Positions 63,698 through 64,000 of a stretch of DNA of 64,000 nucleotides are shown here, piece by piece. Position numbers and translations under genes: made by a program. The notes below the pieces were generated by a model. The model saw only the letters and a program-made list of their open reading frames with translations, searched no databases and was not told the origin of the DNA. The stretch's first letter is position 1. Every line of letters begins with the position of its first letter. The DNA comes from an uncultured Candidatus Saccharibacteria bacterium (GTDB taxonomy: Bacteria > Patescibacteriota > Saccharimonadia > Saccharimonadales > CAIOMD01), in NCBI GenBank assembly GCA_964426305.1, contig CAYRPO010000001.1, positions 732 to 64,731 on the forward strand. The letters run 5' to 3'.

Positions 63698-64000
63698 TCA
63701 GATCTGCACGAATGTGCGGCCAGGGATGTCACGAAGGGCTTTCAGGACCTCGTCCCATGAGTCCGACGGGCTGACGGCCCGGCTGAAGCTGAGCTCGATG
63801 CTGTGTGATTTAATCTTGATGTGCGTGACGCCGCTGTTCGGCTGGGTCGCCAGACGCAAGATTGCGGTTACAACTCCAATGCGGCAATCATCAAGAATTT
63901 TGAAGTCGCCGTAGCCATTGATGGCGTTAAGCCTGACGGGCGCTTCATGACTCAGTATGGCGTGATCAAAGTCGATACGCAGCGAACAGCTGTTGAACTC
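63698..64000 (-). CDS. C-terminal 100 codons of an unidentified protein; the gene continues beyond the window
   Basis: The minus-strand frame is open from 64000 to TGA 63700..63698 (…NGYGDFKILDDCRIGVVTAILRLATQPNSGVTHIKIKSHSIELSF…RTFVQI*). It looks more GC-rich by eye than its neighbours. A 12-bp hairpin (63646..63685) lies downstream. Confidence 0.45.
   Translation of the reverse strand, partial: EFNSCSLRIDFDHAILSHEAPVRLNAINGYGDFKILDDCRIGVVTAILRLATQPNSGVTHIKIKSHSIELSFSRAVSPSDSWDEVLKALRDIPGRTFVQI

Noticed and set aside
1-64000. CRISPR arrays, rRNA genes, IS elements with terminal inverted repeats, additional tRNAs
   Set aside because: In the intergenic regions I read there were no regularly spaced direct repeats, no rRNA-like conserved stretches, no transposase ORFs, and no other cloverleaf-forming segments.

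Overview
This is a gene-dense 64 kb bacterial chromosomal window using the standard genetic code, with many 1-8 nt start/stop overlaps. I call about 60 CDS, one tRNA and one riboswitch; there is no rRNA and no CRISPR array. The gene content resembles Candidatus Saccharibacteria/CPR-like small genomes. The relevant features are a split transketolase, a gap-rpiB-rpe-tkt-fba-pfkB sugar-phosphate cluster, gatCAB, pheST, a PilB-type ATPase, and many small membrane or secreted proteins. That taxonomic reading is an inference from memory, not a search result.

The window falls into three parts:
- (i) 0.7-6.4 kb is an accessory island that looks more AT-rich by eye. It lies between galE and an intact tRNA-Gln(TTG). 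It carries a large serine recombinase, a replication-relaxation-like protein, a DUF3768-like gene pair, and two cargo genes (Abi_alpha/DUF4393-like and PNPOx-like). Each cargo gene is preceded by a copy of the same 46-nt promoter-like module.
- (ii) 6.6-27 kb and 28-64 kb are housekeeping and envelope genes. They include Nramp, a two-component system, NDH-2, an FAD oxidase, metK behind a SAM-I riboswitch, two AI-2E transporters, rmuC, pheST, ABC and RND exporters, redox genes, the pentose-phosphate/glycolysis cluster, uvrB, ClC, gatCAB, galU, dnaE, pilB, malic enzyme and rplS.
- (iii) 27026-27827, downstream of pheT, is an ~0.8 kb stretch with no convincing ORF. It is packed with long stems, some of which pair fully only on the + strand. 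A 55-aa zinc-ribbon mini-ORF follows it.

The most interesting items are the mobile island with its duplicated-promoter cargo pair, the structured non-coding block at 27 kb, and a membrane-anchored HEPN-like ORF translationally wedged between gatA and gatB. All family names come from motif recognition by eye. No database search, covariance model or composition statistic was run.
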